NCBI RefSeq assembly: GCF_009914755.1
Contig: NC_060944.1
Direction: 5' to 3' (one strand)
Origin: the human T2T-CHM13v2.0 reference genome, Homo sapiens
DNA: 64,000 bases
Below, in pieces: positions 25,749 to 42,328 of the stretch; within the stretch, counting starts at the first letter, position 1, and the number at the start of each line of letters is the position of its first letter. The notes beneath the pieces were generated by a model. It saw only the letters and a program-made list of their open reading frames with translations, was not told the DNA's origin and made no database searches. A program made the translations under genes and the position numbers.

Positions 25749-25759
25749 TAAAATTTATT

Positions 25760-26710
<951 letters not shown>

Positions 26711-26933
26711 AAGATCAAGGCATTGTATTTTTACAAGTATCTCAATTTTTAGAGACAGGGCAGGCAGGGAAGGGAACCTAGCCAGGTTTGGTCATTTGTA
26801 TCTTGTGTTAATCCGGTCACCAGGGTAGTAAATTCCCACTGAGAGCATGGATGGGCGAGCCTTTTACCGCTTGAACAATGTATTTAACTTCCTGGGAGGG
26901 AAAGAATTATTTTAGCCTCATAATGGATGATGA

Positions 26934-27384
<451 letters not shown>

Positions 27385-28214
27385 AAACATCAACACTTAA
27401 AGCACATGCATATGTGTGTGTGTGTATGTGTGGTTTTTGTGATGCTGTGCTGTGGTGCCAGAAAATCTTGTTAATGGAATATGTGAAGATGTCTAAGTTT
27501 CTCTGGGCACAGACAACACACATGCTTGTGTACAGACACATTCATGCACAAATATAAGCAAATACAAACACAACTTGTAGGCATGCTCAGTGTATGGAAA
27601 GGCACATTGAGCATTGCTGTGTGCTCCTGGGCAAGTTACTCAATCTCTCATTGCCTCAGTTTCTGCAGTGAAATGGAGATAATAAATCACCTGACTCTTG
27701 GGCTAGTGTGAGCAATACTCTCACATGTGCACAAGCACACACAAATGAGATTTTAGTTTCCGTTTATTTGCTTAATGGCTGCTTTCCTCCTAGACTGTGG
27801 GTTTCGTGGGGGCAGGGACCTGGCACAGGGTAGGAGTGGAGTTGGTATCTGGTGAGCTAATATCTGGTGATGAACAACTCTCACAAGCCTACTGGTACAC
27901 ATGCTGTTTAGACACATTCACAAGCACATCTGACACACTTATTCACAGGTGTAGGCACATACAGGGATATACACACACACACTCAAATGTGTCCAGACTC
28001 AGAACTTAGGAGGGTGGATTTATCTGCAGTTTGGGGACTCTGGACTAGAAGTGAGAACACTGGGTTTTGGTTGTGGCTCCAGGTAACTCTAATTTATTAT
28101 GTGACCTTGAGTAAGTCTCTCTTCTCAGAGGTCAAGGACTCCCAGCTGCATGTGATGGACTGGAATTTGAACCACAGTTAGTCTGAGTCAAAGTGCTTTT
28201 AATGATTCAGGCCG

Positions 28215-28380
28215 TGCTATCCCCAGTGTGGTCATGGACATGCAGCATCCCCTGGAGCTTGTTAGGCATGCAGCATCTCAGTCCCCACCCAGAATCTGAT
28301 TTAGAGTCTCCTAAATCAGAATCTTCATTTTAACAGATCCCTACTTGATTTGTGTGCACATTACAGATTGAGAAGTGCTG
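28215..28380. mobile_element. MER5A (hAT-Charlie)
   Basis: ggagcttgttaggcatgcagcatctcagtccccacccaga ... aatcagaatcttcattttaacagatccc. Confidence 0.75.
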
Positions 28381-28663
28381 GCCTAGTGTACTTTGCCTTC
28401 CCCAAGCACTGCAAGCAATTAGCCCATGCTGAGGGGGTTCATAAGCTGGTGGGGCACAGGCACATGCCTACCCTGAGGAGCAGTTAGAGAATGGGAGAGG
28501 AGGCAGTCGGGAGCTGCCTATAAAGACAGAATCAACATGGAAGCTCAGCATCACACATGCGGGAGCCCAGTCCCTTCTATTTATAAAGAAGCAGAATCAC
28601 ACAGTCGTTAAGAGTGCCAATTCATGAGCTAGGCTTTTTAATTTTAAAAACAGCATATATTAG

Positions 28664-28963
28664 GGCTAGGCACAGTGGCTCATGCCTGTAATCCTAGCAC
28701 TTTGGGAGGCCCAGACAGGTGGGTCACTTGAGGTCAGGAGTTCGAGACCAGCCTGGCCAACATGGAGAAACTCCATCTCTACTAAAAATACAAAAATTAG
28801 CTGGGCATGGTGGCATGTGTCTGTAATCCCAGCTACTCAGGAGGCTGAGGCTGGAGAATCACTTGAATCCGGGAGGTGGAGGTTACAGTGAGGCGAGATC
28901 ACGCCACTGAACTCCAGCCTGGGCAACAGAGCAAGACTCTGTCTCAGAAAAAAAAAAAAAAAA
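28664..28963 (+). mobile_element. AluSx-type
   Basis: Full dimer; TSD cagcatatatta; inserted in an MLT1 fragment (~28630-29165) that itself splits a MIR. Confidence 0.95.
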
Positions 28964-30734
28964 CCCACCCAGCATATATTAATCATCTCATAGTTACTGC
29001 ATGCCAGGAATCAAGTGTGGCTTCATGTGGTGCCTCTGGCTTAAGATCTCTTGGAGGCTGTGCTCAATGTGATACTCAAGGCTGTGGTCTCATCTGATGG
29101 CTTGACTGAAGGGGGATTTACTTCCAAGTTCCCTCTATTGGTTGTTGGCCGGATTCAGTTCCCCTGAACTGAACCATTGAGTTGGAATCATGGCTCCATC
29201 CCTTCTTACCAGTTGTGTGGCTTTATGCAAGCTTCCCATCTCTGTGGCTCCTCTGTGAAATGATTATAATAATAACACCTGCCTCATAGAGTTGTTGTGA
29301 AGATTAACAAATTCATGTATGAAAAGTACATAGGATAAGGATACCTCTACACATGGTAAGTGCTATATAAATGGTTTCTGCTATTTTTTGAAAAAAGCTA
29401 TAGAAAAGCAGGTCAGAACAATGTGACTATGGGGGCTGAGCTATATATTTTTTAAAAATTTTACTGGTAACTCCGTAGGTTGCAGCACAAGCCTAGTTCA
29501 GAGTGGATGCTTACTACATTTTAGGGGAGTGGATGAGCTCTGGGTGGCAGCCCCCTGATGGGATGTTTGGGGCATAGTTACAGGAGCACGGGGTCCAGGC
29601 TGCAAGAGGAGCAGGCCTTGCTCTATTCTGCCCAGATCACTGGGCCCCATTTGTGGTGCCACCACCTGGGAAGGCAGTAGGGTATTGTGGAAGTCCTCTC
29701 AATGTCACCTGGGAGGACAATGGCATGAGCAGAGGGGCCAGCACACCTAGGTGATACCACAGAATGCAGTGTTTGGGGGCTACAGTGAGTTCACTGTGGC
29801 TAGTATCAGGCAAGGTTGCAGGACTTGGTCCAGGAGGCCTTGGATGCCAAGCAGAGGCCGGGACCCTGTTCTGAAGGGTCTGAGCAGGGCAGTGTCCATG
29901 GAGCAGTGTGCTCTAGGGGACTTCACTGCTCAGCCTGGTGTCCTGGGATCTCGGGGCACTCATGAGGACCATTCTCAGAGAACTTAAGTGCCTTCATCCA
30001 CAGGCAGCTGGCGTGTGGCACATTTTTAGGCAATGCTACTTCTGTCATTTTCAGAAGGTAGAAATGGGAAAGAAAAAAAAAGCTGCAAATAGACATCATT
30101 TTTCCAGAAGCTTATTTTAAGACAGAAACAACTAGAGAGCCTACTCATCATTTTTGCTGCTTTTAAAATCAGCACTGCCTTGTGTGTGCCTGGGTACCTG
30201 CATACAAGGAGCACAGGCATGAATTGAATTTGATTTTTAAAATCCCTTGATCCAATTGCCTCTTTTTACAGTTGGTGTAACTGAGGCCCAGAAAGGGGTC
30301 AGTGATTTGTCCAAGGTCACACAGCCTGTCAGAGGTAGGGGCTCAGATCTTCATGAGAAGATGCTAAGATAAGGACAAGGAACCAGGAGACCCCGATGGG
30401 CCAAGTTAGAATGATTTCATGCTGAACAGCGTCACTGAGCGGGCTGCTTCAGACCTTTGCTGACTTCTTAGAGCTTGCAGGAAAGATGGTGCAGCACTGA
30501 GCCCAATGCCATAGCAGACCATTAGGATGTTCATTCATTCATTCACTCCAAAACATATTTACTAAGCACCTACTGTGCGTCAGGCAGTGGTGTAGGTGCT
30601 GAGACGAAACTGTGAACAAAGCAGTCAAACACTCCTAGTCCTTACTCGTTCATGCATCCTTTTATTCAGTAAATGTTTATTGAGGGCCTACTATGTGCAA
30701 GGTACTATCCTTGGCCCTTGGAATATATCAGTGA

Positions 30735-31100
<366 letters not shown>

Positions 31101-32224
31101 ATAATCATTATTTTAAAGAAGTAAAGTATACTGTATGTTTGCAGGTAAAAGTTCTGTGGGGAAACTGAGCAGGTAGGGGAGCTGGGTGTGCCAGCAGGAG
31201 CTGCACTTGCAAACAGGGTGGCCAGGGAAGGCGCTGCTGAGAAAGTGACATTTGAGCAACGACTTGAAGGGGCGAGGGAGTTGAGATCTGGGAAAGGACA
31301 TTGCAGTAGAGGGAACAGCCAGCACCAAGGCCCCGCAGTGGGAGTGTGCCTGGCATGTTTGAGGAACGTGGCTGGAGTGGAGGCAGTGAGGTGGAAGAAC
31401 TGGGAGACTTATCTGATCGACGGCTGGGATGGTCAAGAGCAGCTCCCAACCACGTGTGGCATGGGCAGAGGTAAGTGACCCAGGACAGCATCAGGAGTGA
31501 TCGTGTAGGAGCGATCGTGTAGGAGCCAGGATACCCCTACCTCCCTTGTAAGGCCTCCCAGCATTGACATGAGGGCAGGGCACGTGCATGGGGTGTGGCA
31601 TCCCTTGCAGTGATTTAAAGGGAAGTCTCAGCATCTCGCAATGTCTTGGAGCCAAAGGAGCTCCCATTTTGAGGCCACTGTGGGAAACTCATGTGGCGTA
31701 AGGAAGGATCATAGCCTTCAGATCGAGCCAGGCCCATATCTGAAAAAATGTCGTGGTTGAATGTCTTAGTAATACCAGCATGGAGAAGCCATTTTCTAAG
31801 CATGATGTGAAAGCCAGAAATCATACATTAATACATTTAATGTTTTAACATAAATGTAAAGCCCTTGATATGGCAAAAGTTATAAATAAGATCAAGTGAC
31901 AAATTGGGAGTAATATTTGTAGCATGTAACATGCAAACACATAGAATAAAACAATAGAAAAATGGCAGAGGTAATGCTGGTTTTAGAACATGAAACACAT
32001 TCGTGTAGGGTTTACAAAAAAAAAAAAAAAAAGAAAAAATGGTGGAGGGCCAGATTTGGTCCACGGCCTGTGATTTGCTGATCCGAACTGATTTAGGAAT
32101 GTTGACATGTCCAAAACTGAGCTCGTGGTCCTCCTTATACCCACCAAGCATGTTTTCCCCTCAGTATTCCTCCACCAGTGGCTCGAGATGGGAACCTGGG
32201 AGTGATGTTCGAGTCCCCGCTGAA

Positions 32225-33020
32225 TGAGGAAGGCACGTGGCATGTCAGACACCATCCAGGCTGGCCATAGCGATGAGGGGGTGTCATAGGAGGTGAGACT
32301 GGAAGGAGACTGGGCCGGATCATGCAGGACTTTGCAGGCTACAGAGAGGGTTTCACACACACTGTATCCTGAGCGTAGAGGACATCAGCTAATGGGAGTA
32401 TCACCATCAGTTTTGTGTGTGGAACCTCTACCCTGGCTGCTATGGAGAACAATTTGGAAGGAAAGAGATTAGAAGTTAGGAGATCATTGAGGAGGTGATT
32501 ACAGCAGTCCTTGTGGGAGGTGATGACCGCTTGGACTAGGATGGTTGCTCTGCAGATGGATTGTGGTGGGAAGATTTGAGATACATGGGGAGGTGGGGCT
32601 GACAGGACTTTGTGATTGATTGGAGATGGGGATGAGAGAGGGAGGAATTGAACATCTCTCCCAGGTACCCAGCTTGAGCCACCGGTAGAGGAATACTGAG
32701 GGGGAAATGGACTTGGTGGGTACAAGGATGACCACAAGCTCAGTTCTGGACGTGTCAAAGAAATCATGGCCCTTGGACCAAATCTGACCCTCCACCTGTT
32801 TTGTGTAAATAAAGCTTTACTGGAACATGGGATCCTCCTAAGTTTAAATATTGCCTGTGGCTACTTTCATGCTATAGCAATAGAGTTGAATAGTTCTGAC
32901 AGAGACCATATGACTCACAAAGCCAAAAATACATATTATCTGCAGAAAAAGTTTGCTGGGCTTTTGTGTAGGACATCCAAGGGAAGTAAAGTATCAAAGA
33001 GGCAGTTGGATATGTAGCTA
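32225..33020 (-). mobile_element. L2 segment carrying a MER58A insertion (~32760-32965)
   Basis: Antisense L2 motifs; MER58A ggaccaaatctgaccctccacctgttttgtgtaaataaagctttactggaaca ... gaaaaagtttgctg. Confidence 0.8.
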
Positions 33021-33036
33021 TAAAAATGTAATTTGA

Positions 33037-33640
<604 letters not shown>

Positions 33641-34680
33641 GACTACCACTTATTGGAAAACTGAGCTTCCTTATCTGTAAAATGGGGCCAGTGCCTGCTT
33701 CAGGCTGCCTCTTCTCATTCAGATGCTGTTGCCCACAAGTTATCCCCAGCCTTGCGACTTTTGCTACTTAAGTTCTGCTGGGACTGCTGCTTCCTAAAGA
33801 AAAGGACCCCCAAACCCACCCACCAATCATGTATCTTTCCAGAGCCTCCCCGTCCCTGCCCGGTGAATCACCCAGGATGCTGCTGAAACCTTAGCTTGAG
33901 TCAGATTGTGTCCTGAGCGAGAACACATGGGGATTATCATGTTTGTTCCCAGATAGGGTTTTAGTCAACAAAACTCCTGTCTAATGTGACTGCCTGTCAT
34001 TGTCCCACTATGATGCCTCTGTCTGCCCTGATCCAAGCATTTCGGGGTCAGGAACAGCCACAGAGCAGCCGTGGCTGGCAGCGTGGCACACTGCCGGTGG
34101 GAGGGTGTTAGATGCACTCCTGTGTGAGTGGCCTGGCTCGGCTTGGAGGTTCTGCCTGTAGATAAAGGCTGAGAAAAGATATTACATTCCCCTCCCCCAC
34201 CTCCTCCAGAATCCACGCTTCATTTTACCGGTATGGCTTTTCTCTCCTGTTTGGCTTATATATGGTATGGACTTTTAGTTTTTTATTTTTTAAGAAGCAT
34301 TTTTAGTCCAGGAAAATGACAGGCCAAGCAAAAGGCATAATTGTCCTGATTTTCAGAAGTGCTACAATACTCCAGATCTGATGTATGGTGAGACTCGAAT
34401 CAGAAAGATTCTATTAAACATGTCTGGGGTGGGTGACATAGGGGTATTATCTGAGATGATTAATTTGACTCGGTCATTATGGACACAGACAAGCCTGACA
34501 AAATTGCATTTCATTCCCCGCAGAATTCATAAAATCACTATACCCGTGATAAGAAGTTACAGTGCTAGGAGCTCAGCTCCAGTTGTTGGGGTTTGGAGTT
34601 TTGATAAGATGTCATTTTCTGTTGTGAAAACAGAGTTGAGAAACACTGAATCGCACTACAGTCTTTTAGCAGAGATGGCT

Positions 34681-35437
34681 TTTTTTAAACTTTTATTTTA
34701 GGTTCAGGGGTACGTGTGAAGGTTTGTTATATAGGTAAGCTTGTGTCGTGGGGATTTGTTGTACGGATTATTTTGTCACCCAGGTATTCAGCCTAGTACC
34801 CATTAGTTATTTTTTCTGCTCCTCTCCCTCCTCCCACCCTCAAGTAGAACCCAGTGTCTGTTTTTCCTTTTCTTGTGTTGATGAGTTCTTATCACTTAGC
34901 TCTCACTTGTGAGTGAGAACATGTGGTATTTGCTTTTCTGTTCCTGCATTAGTTTACTAAGGATAATGGCCTCCAGCTCCATCCATGTTCCTACAGAAGA
35001 CATGATGTCATTCTTTTTTATGACTGCATAGTATTCCATGGTGTATATGTACCACATACAACATTTTCTTTATCCAATCTGTCCTTGATGGTCATTCAGG
35101 TTGATTCCATGTTTGTTGTGAATAGTCCTGCAATGAACATTTGTGTACACGTGTCTTTATGGAAGAATGATTTATATTCTTCTGGGTATATATCCAGTAA
35201 TGGGATTGCTGGGTTGAATGGTAGTTCTGCTTTTTGTTCTTTGAGTGATTGCTATATTGCTTTCCACAATGGTTGAACTAATTTACACTCCTACCAACAG
35301 TGTAAGTGTTACCTTTTCTCTGCAACCTTGCCAGGATCTGTTATTTTTTGGCTTTTTCATAATAGCTATTCTGACTGGTGTGAGATGGTATCTCATTATG
35401 GTTTTGATTTGCATTTCTCTAATGATCGGTGATGTTG
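34681..35437 (-). mobile_element. Primate L1 3' end (L1PA15/16- or L1PB-like), 5'-truncated
   Basis: aacttttattttaggttcaggggtacgtgtgaaggtttgttatataggtaa...; TSD tagcagagatg / tagctgagatg. Confidence 0.88.
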
Positions 35438-35490
35438 TAGCTGAGATGTTCTTGCTGGTGCGGGTTTTACTTGTTAAAATGGCAAGATGG

Positions 35491-35612
35491 TAGGGCGACC
35501 ATATAATTTACTGGCCAAACCAGGACACTGTTTAGAGTGAAATAAAACATTATTAACGTGACACTGGAACAAGAGGCGTGGAGCAGGCCTGCCCTGGCCT
35601 AGCCAGGACTCG
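35491..35612. mobile_element. MER81-like hAT-Blackjack MITE
   Basis: tagggcgaccatataatttactggccaaaccaggacactgtttagagtgaaa. Confidence 0.65.
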
Positions 35613-37110
35613 TGTGTGTTGGGAGGAGCTTGAACAGTGGCAGAGCAAAGCTTTGGCTACTGGTAGGCAGGGCTTCTTGTCCTCATTTTCATAAATGCTA
35701 CCCATATGACTTTGGATAAGTCATTTTTCCCTTTTGAACCTCAGTTTCCTCATCTGTAAAATGGAAATGCCATTTTCTACTTGTTCTGCATATCATCCGA
35801 GGGCTTTTTTTTTCTTGCTTGGGTGTGTGTGTGTGGGATTTATGCTGACTTCCTGTTAATGTGTTTTCCCATCTGTTTCCTGGTATAATTCTCTCAGCTC
35901 TTAGGTGGGGTTTTGTAGACAAGGAAACTGAGTAGTAGGCAGTTTGGATAAATTGCCAGAAGCCCTCAGCAAGTAAGATTCCCCATGTCAGTGTAACTCC
36001 AAAGCCAGAGCTCTTTCTGCAGATCAACAATGTAACTCTCAATACATGAGAGTTACAGCACCTCATGTTTCCATGTATTTCAAATATTCCTCCCAACAAA
36101 GCTGGAAGGTTGTTGGAATACATAATCAGGATTCAACTCTGGGGACACAAGTTGGGTTCTCCCAAGAATCATTTCTCACCATGCATCACCAGGGAGTGAA
36201 TGCCACTTCTCCTTTTATGCTATACTCCAACTCTCAACAAGCTCTTTGGAAAAAGGTCAAATCACCTGCTACTCCCTCAGTGAATCTTCACCTCTTTCTT
36301 ATACAGCATTGTGGTGGGAAATGGAGATCGATAGTCAAAATGGCAGCCTGAGAACTTTCATGTAAGCACTAACTGGGATAAAGTAGAAAGCCATCACTAA
36401 TAAAAGGAACACTTCAACAAGCAGATACAATAACAACTGATTTGTAAATACCTAACAACATAGCTTTGAAATATATGAAGCAATACAGCAGGTTGATAAA
36501 ATCACAATCACAGTGGAAATTTTTAACACATTTCTCTCAGAAACCAAAGGGTCAAGCAGAAAAAGAAAAGTAATTGTTGTTTGGAAGATTTAAATGATAG
36601 AATTAACAAGCTGAAAATTATAAATATTGATCAAAATTAGCCTGATACTGTATCAAAGGAATTCTCAATGGCTTTTAAAGAATTAATATATTTTTCATTC
36701 CCTTTTGGGTATCTTTTTCTTTTTTCATGTCAGTGGTTCCTTATTTTATTAGCCTTTTCAAAAAAACAATCTCTTCCTTGTATTTCTTATCTAAAATTTG
36801 TTTTCTATTTTATTTTTCTCCTACAGACTTTCGGTTTATTTTGTTATTCTATTTCTACCATCTTGAGTTGAGTGCTGAGTTTGTCTTTCTTGTCTTCTAA
36901 TAAATTCATTTTGATAAAAGTATAATTTTTCATTGTCCATCTCTCATAAGTTTTGTCAGGTAGTGTTCTCATCATTTCAGTTGTGATTTCCTTTTTAACA
37001 CAGAAGTTACTTAGATGATTGCTCTTAAAGTGTTTAAGTATGTAGGAGGATTTCCCTCCCTCCATTTTTTTTTCTGCTCGTTTGTTTTTGTTAATAACTA
37101 GGTTGGTGCA

Positions 37111-37489
37111 TGTACTAGTCTGTTCTCACATTGCTAGAAAACTACCTGAGACTGGGTAGTTTATAAAGAAAAGAGGTTTAATTGATTCACAGTTCTGCAG
37201 GCTCTATAGGAGGCATGGCTAGGGAGGCCTCAGGAAACTTACAATCATGGTAGAAGGGTGAAAGGGAAGCAAGCACATATTCACATGGCAGCAGGAGACA
37301 GGGAGATGGGGAAAGGGCTACACACTTTCAAACAACCCGATCTTGTGAGAACTTACTTACTGTCACGAGAACAGCAAGGGGGAAATCAGCCCCCATGATC
37401 CAATCACCTTCCACCAGGCCCCTGCCTGAACTCTGAGAATTACAATTTGACATGAGATTTGGGTGGGGATGCAAAGCCAAAGCCTATCA
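37111..37489 (-). mobile_element. MSTA/THE1D-type MaLR solo LTR
   Basis: TG...CA termini, aagaaaagaggtttaattgattcacagttc; 5-bp TSD gtgca / gtgta. Confidence 0.88.
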
Positions 37490-37843
37490 GTGTAGTTAGG
37501 TCTTAGAATTTGATCTATCTAATTTCTACCTTTTGAAGAGTTTGAGATTCTCTTTGTAGTTTACCTGGTTATATTTTGTAAGTGTTCTATGGACATTTGA
37601 AAGGAATAAATCAAAAGAGTGAATTGCGTTATTCAGATCCTCAATCCTCACTCATTTCTATCCGACTGATTTGCCCATTTTATTTATGGTTTTATACTAA
37701 CAGTTTTTTACATTTTATATTTCTGTGGTTTTATCAATTTACATAGAAATTTGTCATTTCTTCTTAGTAGATTTATATCATTTATTGACTTAAGTGTTCC
37801 TTTTGATATTTTTTAGTGCTTTTTTGCCCTGATTTGTACTTAA

Positions 37844-38222
<379 letters not shown>

Positions 38223-39139
38223 GTGTCTATTTATTTTTATCTTACAGGTCATTTTATTTTAGGCATGTCTATTATAAACCATATGCTGTATGTATTTTAA
38301 TAAAAATATTTTGTCTTTTAATAAAGCAATTGAAATCATTCGTATTGTGTTATGAATATTTAGTCTTAATGCTGCCATTTTATGAATATTCTTTATTATG
38401 TTTGATAGTTCACTCCTGTTTTCTTTGCAGATTTTTCTAGATTGATAAAGTTCTGTTTTCTTCTACTTTCTTTGGTTCTTCCAATGGTGTAAAATTTTTG
38501 CTTTTCCTTAAAATTATAACAAATATTTAATAAATTAATTCATCAAAGTTTCAGGGCAAGATCAGTATGGAAAAATCACTGGTGTTTCTGTAAACCAACA
38601 ATGAACAACCCATAAAGGAAACTAAAAAAAAATTCCATATATAATAACATCTAAGAGAATAAAATATGTAGGAATAAATTTAACCAGGAAGGGGAAAAAC
38701 TCCTAAACTGAAAACTACACAACATTGTCAAAAGAAATTAAAGATCTAAATAAATTGAAAGATATCCATGTCTGTGGATTGGAAGACTTAATAATGTTAA
38801 GATGGCAATACTATCTGAGCGTCTACAGATTCAATGCAATCTTTATCAAATTTCCACTGGTCTTTTTTGCAGAAATGAAAAATCTGATCCTCAAATTCAT
38901 ATGGAATTGCCAGGGGGCCTGAATAGCACCAGTAATCTTGAAAAATAACAGGCTGGAGGACTCACACTTCCCAATTTCCATAAAGCAACAGTAGTCAAAA
39001 CAATGTGGTACTGGCATAAGGATAGACATATAGACCAATGGAATAGAATTGAGAGTGTAGAAATAAACCAATACATCTATGGCCAGTTGATTTTATATAG
39101 GGGTGTCAAGACCATTCAATGGGGAAAGAACAGCAGGCT

Positions 39140-40240
39140 GTGTGGATATTGAGAGCAGAGTATTCTAAAGGAAGGGAACAGCCATTGCAAAGACTCTGGG
39201 GCAGAAACATGCCTGGAGTAGCTGGAGTGGTATGAACAAGGGGAATAGGAGATGATGACGTCAGAGAGGTAAAAAAGGACGTGGGACTGGGGAGAGCAAG
39301 ACTACATAGCATGGGGCCGTTGTTCCTTATCTGAGTGAGAAGGAGAGCTCTAGAGGGTTGTGAGCAGAGCTTATATTTTAGCAGGATAATTCTGGCCCTG
39401 GGGTGAGAATGGACCTTAGCAAAGGTGGAGGCAGGGAGGCCAAGAGGCCAGGGAGGAGACTGCTGCAGTCATCCAGGGCAAAGAGGGTGATGGCTCAAGG
39501 TGGAGCTGATGGTATTTTTGGACACATTTCGTGTAGGATGTGAGAGGAAGAGAGGGGTCAAGGGTGACACCTTGGTTTCTGGCCTGAGCAACCAGAAGGA
39601 TGGAGTGGCCATTAGCTGAGGTGGAGAAGACTGTGGGAGGGGTAGGTTCTCTCTTAAATGTGTTAAGTTGTTTGAGGTATCAATTAACATCCAAAGGGAA
39701 GGACAAATAACAGTGGGCTATATGAGTCAGCATTTCAGGGGAAGGTCTGGCTCGGTGGTAAGAACTGGAGCTCAGCAGCATACAGATGGTCCATAATGCC
39801 ATGAGTCTGGATGAGAGCACCAGGGAGTGAGTGTGTTTAGAGGAGGGTATAAGATCTGAGCTCTGGGAATGTCATCATCAATAGATTAAGGAGAAGAATG
39901 GGAACCAACAAAGGACATACAGAATGGCCTGTGATGTTGGCCATGGACAGAAGAAATGGCCTGTGATGTTGAAGGACCAATATCTCTGGTGTCCCAGAAG
40001 CCAAGTGAAGAAGTTTGTTCCCAGGGAGGAGGATGAACTAATTATATCAAATTCCACTGATAAGGTCAAGATGAAGGCCAGATGAAGACTGAGCATTGGC
40101 CACTGGATTTAGGAAGATGGAGGTCATTGATGACCTTCCCAAGCAGTTTTGGTGGAAGTGGGATGAAAACATGATTGGAGTGGGTTTAAGAAAGAACGAG
40201 TGGAAATGAAGAGGTAACTCTTTGCAGATTTCCTGTAAGA
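39140..40240 (-). mobile_element. L2 (long segment)
   Basis: gtcaagggtgacaccttggtttctggcctgagcaaccagaaggatggagtggccatt ... ggaggtcattgatgacctt. Confidence 0.8.
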
Positions 40241-40359
40241 TTTTACTAATATTTTTAATTGGCAAAGCTCTTACGACTTAGCATCTCTTTCTATATTTTC
40301 ATGAGGATGCCAGTGGTAGAGAGAAAATTAGGCACCATGGAACGGCCAATTCTACTGTA

Positions 40360-40570
40360 GGAAAATGCTGGGTTTGGAGTCACAAGACCAGGGTCTGAAT
40401 CACAACCAGGACCTACTAGCTATGTGACACCTCTACTCTCTAAGCTCAATGTCCCTCATCTGCAAAATGAAGATAATAATCACTTCTCTACAGAACACAT
40501 ATGAACTAAATGGAGAAGGTACATGGACATGCTGGGCTCAGTGCCTGGCACATAGTAGGTACTCAGGACA
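40360..40570 (+). mobile_element. MIR
   Basis: actagctatgtgac ... cctcatctgcaaaatg ... gtgcctggcacatagtagg. Confidence 0.7.
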
Positions 40571-41706
40571 AGTTGTTTTGTGTTCAGTGTCATGCATGTA
40601 GGATTTGATTGCATTCAGAAGAGGCATGTTCATGTTTGCGTGCTTAGTTATTTTTAAGTGTGCTAATTGCCTCTTTAAGTGAATTGTCATAATTGTGTGA
40701 TTCCAATATTTTGATACAGCATATGCTTATTTTTTCAAAAGGCTTCTGGTCAATTGGGCCGGTTCCAGTGGATTGAAGTTTTGTTTTTTGACTGAAAGGA
40801 ATGGACTTGAGCAGTCAGTTAGCATTCACTGGGCACCTTCTCTGTGCCAGCACCTATTTTAAGGGTGCTGAGGGACAGGGAGGGAGGTGTCGGTCAAAAC
40901 ACATGAACAGCAGGTGGCTGAGGGGCGTGTAGTATGCTGGGAAGGAGAGCTGTGGTTTGAAACTAGAGCCCGGGACATTCCCCCATTTCCCGTGCCCATT
41001 TATTGTGTTGTAATGAGTCATTACTGTGCACTGTGCTAGGCACTGAGGACAAGAGAGTTAAAGGACTTCCCCAAAGACACAGAATAAGTAAACAGCAGCT
41101 CACTGGCTCAGGATCCTCATTTATGAGTGTTCCTAACTCACACAGCACAGGTCTGAGCACCACAGGGTGATGTGTGTCTTCAGCCTGACCACCAAGATGG
41201 GCTGGGGGCCGATTGCCTTTAGGTGGCAATAAGCCACAGATATCATATCACCCCAGAAAGTAGAGTCCCACTGCCAGCTTTCCAGTTCAGAGTCGCCACC
41301 TCCAGGAAGCCTTCCCAACCCCTCTGCCCATTCTAAGGCAAGACTCTACTCCTTTGATGCTCCCTATACAATTCCTTGTGTGTGTCCCCCATAGTATCAT
41401 AATATTCATGACCACCTGCAACCATTTTGACTCTACTTACCTTTTGCTTGTGTCCCTGTCCCCCATATCCCAGTGTGCTACTGTTTGCTTATTCTGTGTC
41501 CTTGGGGAAGTCCCCACCATCTCTGAAACTCCAGATGAGGGCAGCAAGGATAGCAATAACTAACGCTGACATCACTCACTGTGTGCTCAACATTGCCCTG
41601 AGAAACTTACATGTTATTGATTCATTTATTCTTTATAGCAGCCCTGTAGATACATACTGTCATTACCTGCTTTCTCACACATGAGGAAACTGAGGCACAG
41701 AGAGGG

Positions 41707-42124
41707 TGTTTTAGTCTGTTTTGCATTGCTATAAAGGAATACTTGAGACTAGATCTTTTACAAAGAAAAGAGGTTTAATTGGCTCATGGTTCTGCAGGCT
41801 GTATCAGCATGGCACCCACATCTGCTCAGCTTTTGATGAGGCCTCAGGAAGCTTTTACTCCTGGGAGAAGGTGAAGGGGGGAGCAGGCATGTCACACGGC
41901 AGGAGAATGAGAGAGAGAGAGGGGAAGAGGTGCCAGTCTCTTTAAACAACCAGCTCTTGCATGAATGAATAGAGCAAAAACTCACTCATTACCACAGGGA
42001 GGGTCCCAAGCCACTACTGAAAGATCTGCCCCATGACCCAAACACTTTTGGCTCAGCCCCACCTCCAACAGTGGGTCACTTTTCAACATGAGATTTGGAG
42101 GGGACAAATATCCAAACTGTATCA
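41707..42124 (-). mobile_element. MST-family MaLR solo LTR inserted in a MIR
   Basis: TG...CA termini; perfect 5-bp TSD gaggg (41702-41706, 42125-42129); MIR halves at ~41545-41706 and 42130-42215. Confidence 0.9.
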
Positions 42125-42328
42125 GAGGGTAAGTAATGCACCCAGAGTCACACACAGGCAGTAAGTGGCAGAGCCAGGATGCAAACCCAAGCTGCCTGGC
42201 TCCTAACCACTGCACTGCACTGCCTCCTGCGTGATAGGGACAGTAGTTCCCAGCTCCAGGGCAATCATGAAGGTTGAGTGAGATGCATGTTTATGGTGTC
42301 CACCCCAGGACCTGGCTGTACATTCAAC

